Shown here: in pieces, positions 63,265-64,000 of the stretch
Layout of the letters: the number at the start of each line of letters is the position of its first letter
How positions within the stretch are numbered: the first letter of the stretch is position 1
DNA from: Acidimicrobiales bacterium
GTDB lineage: Bacteria; Actinomycetota; Acidimicrobiia; Acidimicrobiales; CATQHL01
NCBI GenBank assembly: GCA_963664235.1
Contig: OY760933.1
Coordinates: forward strand, 1,883,419 to 1,947,418
Direction: 5' to 3'
DNA: 64,000 bases
The notes under the pieces: model-generated
What the model was told of the DNA's origin: nothing
Databases searched by the model: none
Seen by the model: only the letters and a program-made list of their open reading frames with translations
Program-made: the position numbers and the translations under genes

Positions 63265-64000
63265 ATGAACGCCGACTCGGCCGGGAACGGCCGGCCGCCG
63301 GAGACCTGGGGAGAGGGTCGGCTCGCTGCTCTCGAGGTTGTGGAGGCGGCACTGCCTCCCCCGGTCACCGAGGGCATGGTCCTGGAGGCGACCGACATCC
63401 ATGTGTCCTTCGGTGGGGTCCGGGCGCTGCGCGGGGCCTCGCTGCAGATCCCGGCCGGCACCATCGTCGGGTTGATCGGGCCGAACGGATCGGGCAAGTC
63501 GACGCTCTTCGACGTCATCAACGGTTTCACCGTTCCGGACTCGGGACGCGTCCGGGCGTTCGGCGAGGACATCACCGACCTGAATCCGTGGAATCGGGCG
63601 CGGCTGGGGATGTGCCGTACGTTCCAGGCCAATCACATCGATCCCAATCTCACCGTCTTCGAGAACCTCATCACGGGCGCCTTCCTGAGCATCGGCGGCG
63701 GGGTCTTCACGTCGGTCTTCCAGTTCCCTGCGCCGCGCCGCGGCCAGCGGCAGGCCGCCGAGTTGACGCGCGCCGTGGCCAGGCTGATGGATCTCGAGAA
63801 AGTCCTGGATGTGCGTGCCGGCGTGCTCTCATTCGGCGGGCAGCGGCGCGCCGAGATCGGCCGGAGCATCATGAGCCGGCCGCGACTCCTCCTGCTGGAC
63901 GAACCCAGCGCCGGGATGGACTCCAACGAGGCCAGTGAGCTGCTCAACCTCGTGACGCGGCTGCAGTCAGACCTCGGATTCGCCGTCTGCCTGATCGAGC
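63265..64000 (+). CDS. ABC transporter ATP-binding protein (LivG-type), 3' end outside the window
   Basis: Manual translation from ATG 63265. Walker A GPNGSGKS, Q-loop RTFQ, signature LSFGGQRR and Walker B LLLLDEP. It is not in the ORF track because no stop lies in the window. Confidence 0.9.
   Translation, partial: MNADSAGNGRPPETWGEGRLAALEVVEAALPPPVTEGMVLEATDIHVSFGGVRALRGASLQIPAGTIVGLIGPNGSGKSTLFDVINGFTVPDSGRVRAFGEDITDLNPWNRARLGMCRTFQANHIDPNLTVFENLITGAFLSIGGGVFTSVFQFPAPRRGQRQAAELTRAVARLMDLEKVLDVRAGVLSFGGQRRAEIGRSIMSRPRLLLLDEPSAGMDSNEASELLNLVTRLQSDLGFAVCLIE

Overview
This is a GC-rich chromosomal segment (roughly two-thirds to 70% G+C by eye, not computed) that looks actinobacterial. Support for that: an Mca/MshB-type mycothiol amidase, a SUF system with a Rieske gene between sufD and sufC, many leaderless genes, and a mycobacterial-style damage promoter motif.

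I call about 65 protein-coding genes. I found no rRNA, tRNA, CRISPR array, transposase or integrase. Most long ORFs in the six-frame track are antisense or off-frame shadows of real genes (Arg/Ala/Gly/Pro-rich), and many real genes start well inside the listed ORF.

Gene content:
- Cell envelope and central metabolism: a secreted SpoIID/FN3 protein (partial), gmd, an LpdA-like flavoprotein, acyl-CoA carboxylase alpha with a divergent birA, aceE, rnhA, an acyl-CoA synthetase and a 2-hydroxyacid dehydrogenase.
- Toxin-antitoxin: two vapBC modules and one relE-type toxin whose antitoxin is reduced to a 3' remnant.
- SUF Fe-S assembly, split into two loci about 10.5 kb apart, each with its own sufC.
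- Between the SUF loci: a nucleoside hydrolase/sugar ABC uptake operon with a GntR-HTH/PBP regulator, and an 850-aa secreted protein with 21 RCC1-like repeats.
- A solo molybdopterin hydroxylase large subunit in a tightly coupled operon with MarR.
- An MgtE-like channel with a TrkA-C partner.
- A Liv-type ABC transporter (last gene partial).

The most interesting region is about 7.1-15.3 kb. Four promoters there share TGTCR-N3-N8-TAnnnT placed 7 nt before the start codon. This resembles the mycobacterial RecA-independent (PafBC-type) DNA-damage promoter. They drive a DUF222/HNH endonuclease, fxsA, a macro-domain fusion protein, and a translationally coupled pair. That pair is a RecQ-like helicase fused to a degenerate ComF/PRTase-like domain plus a DprA-like protein, which combines the domain content of the PsyrTA/RqlHI and ShosTA toxin-antitoxin/anti-phage modules.

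All homology statements come from reading motifs in the translations by eye. No database search was run.
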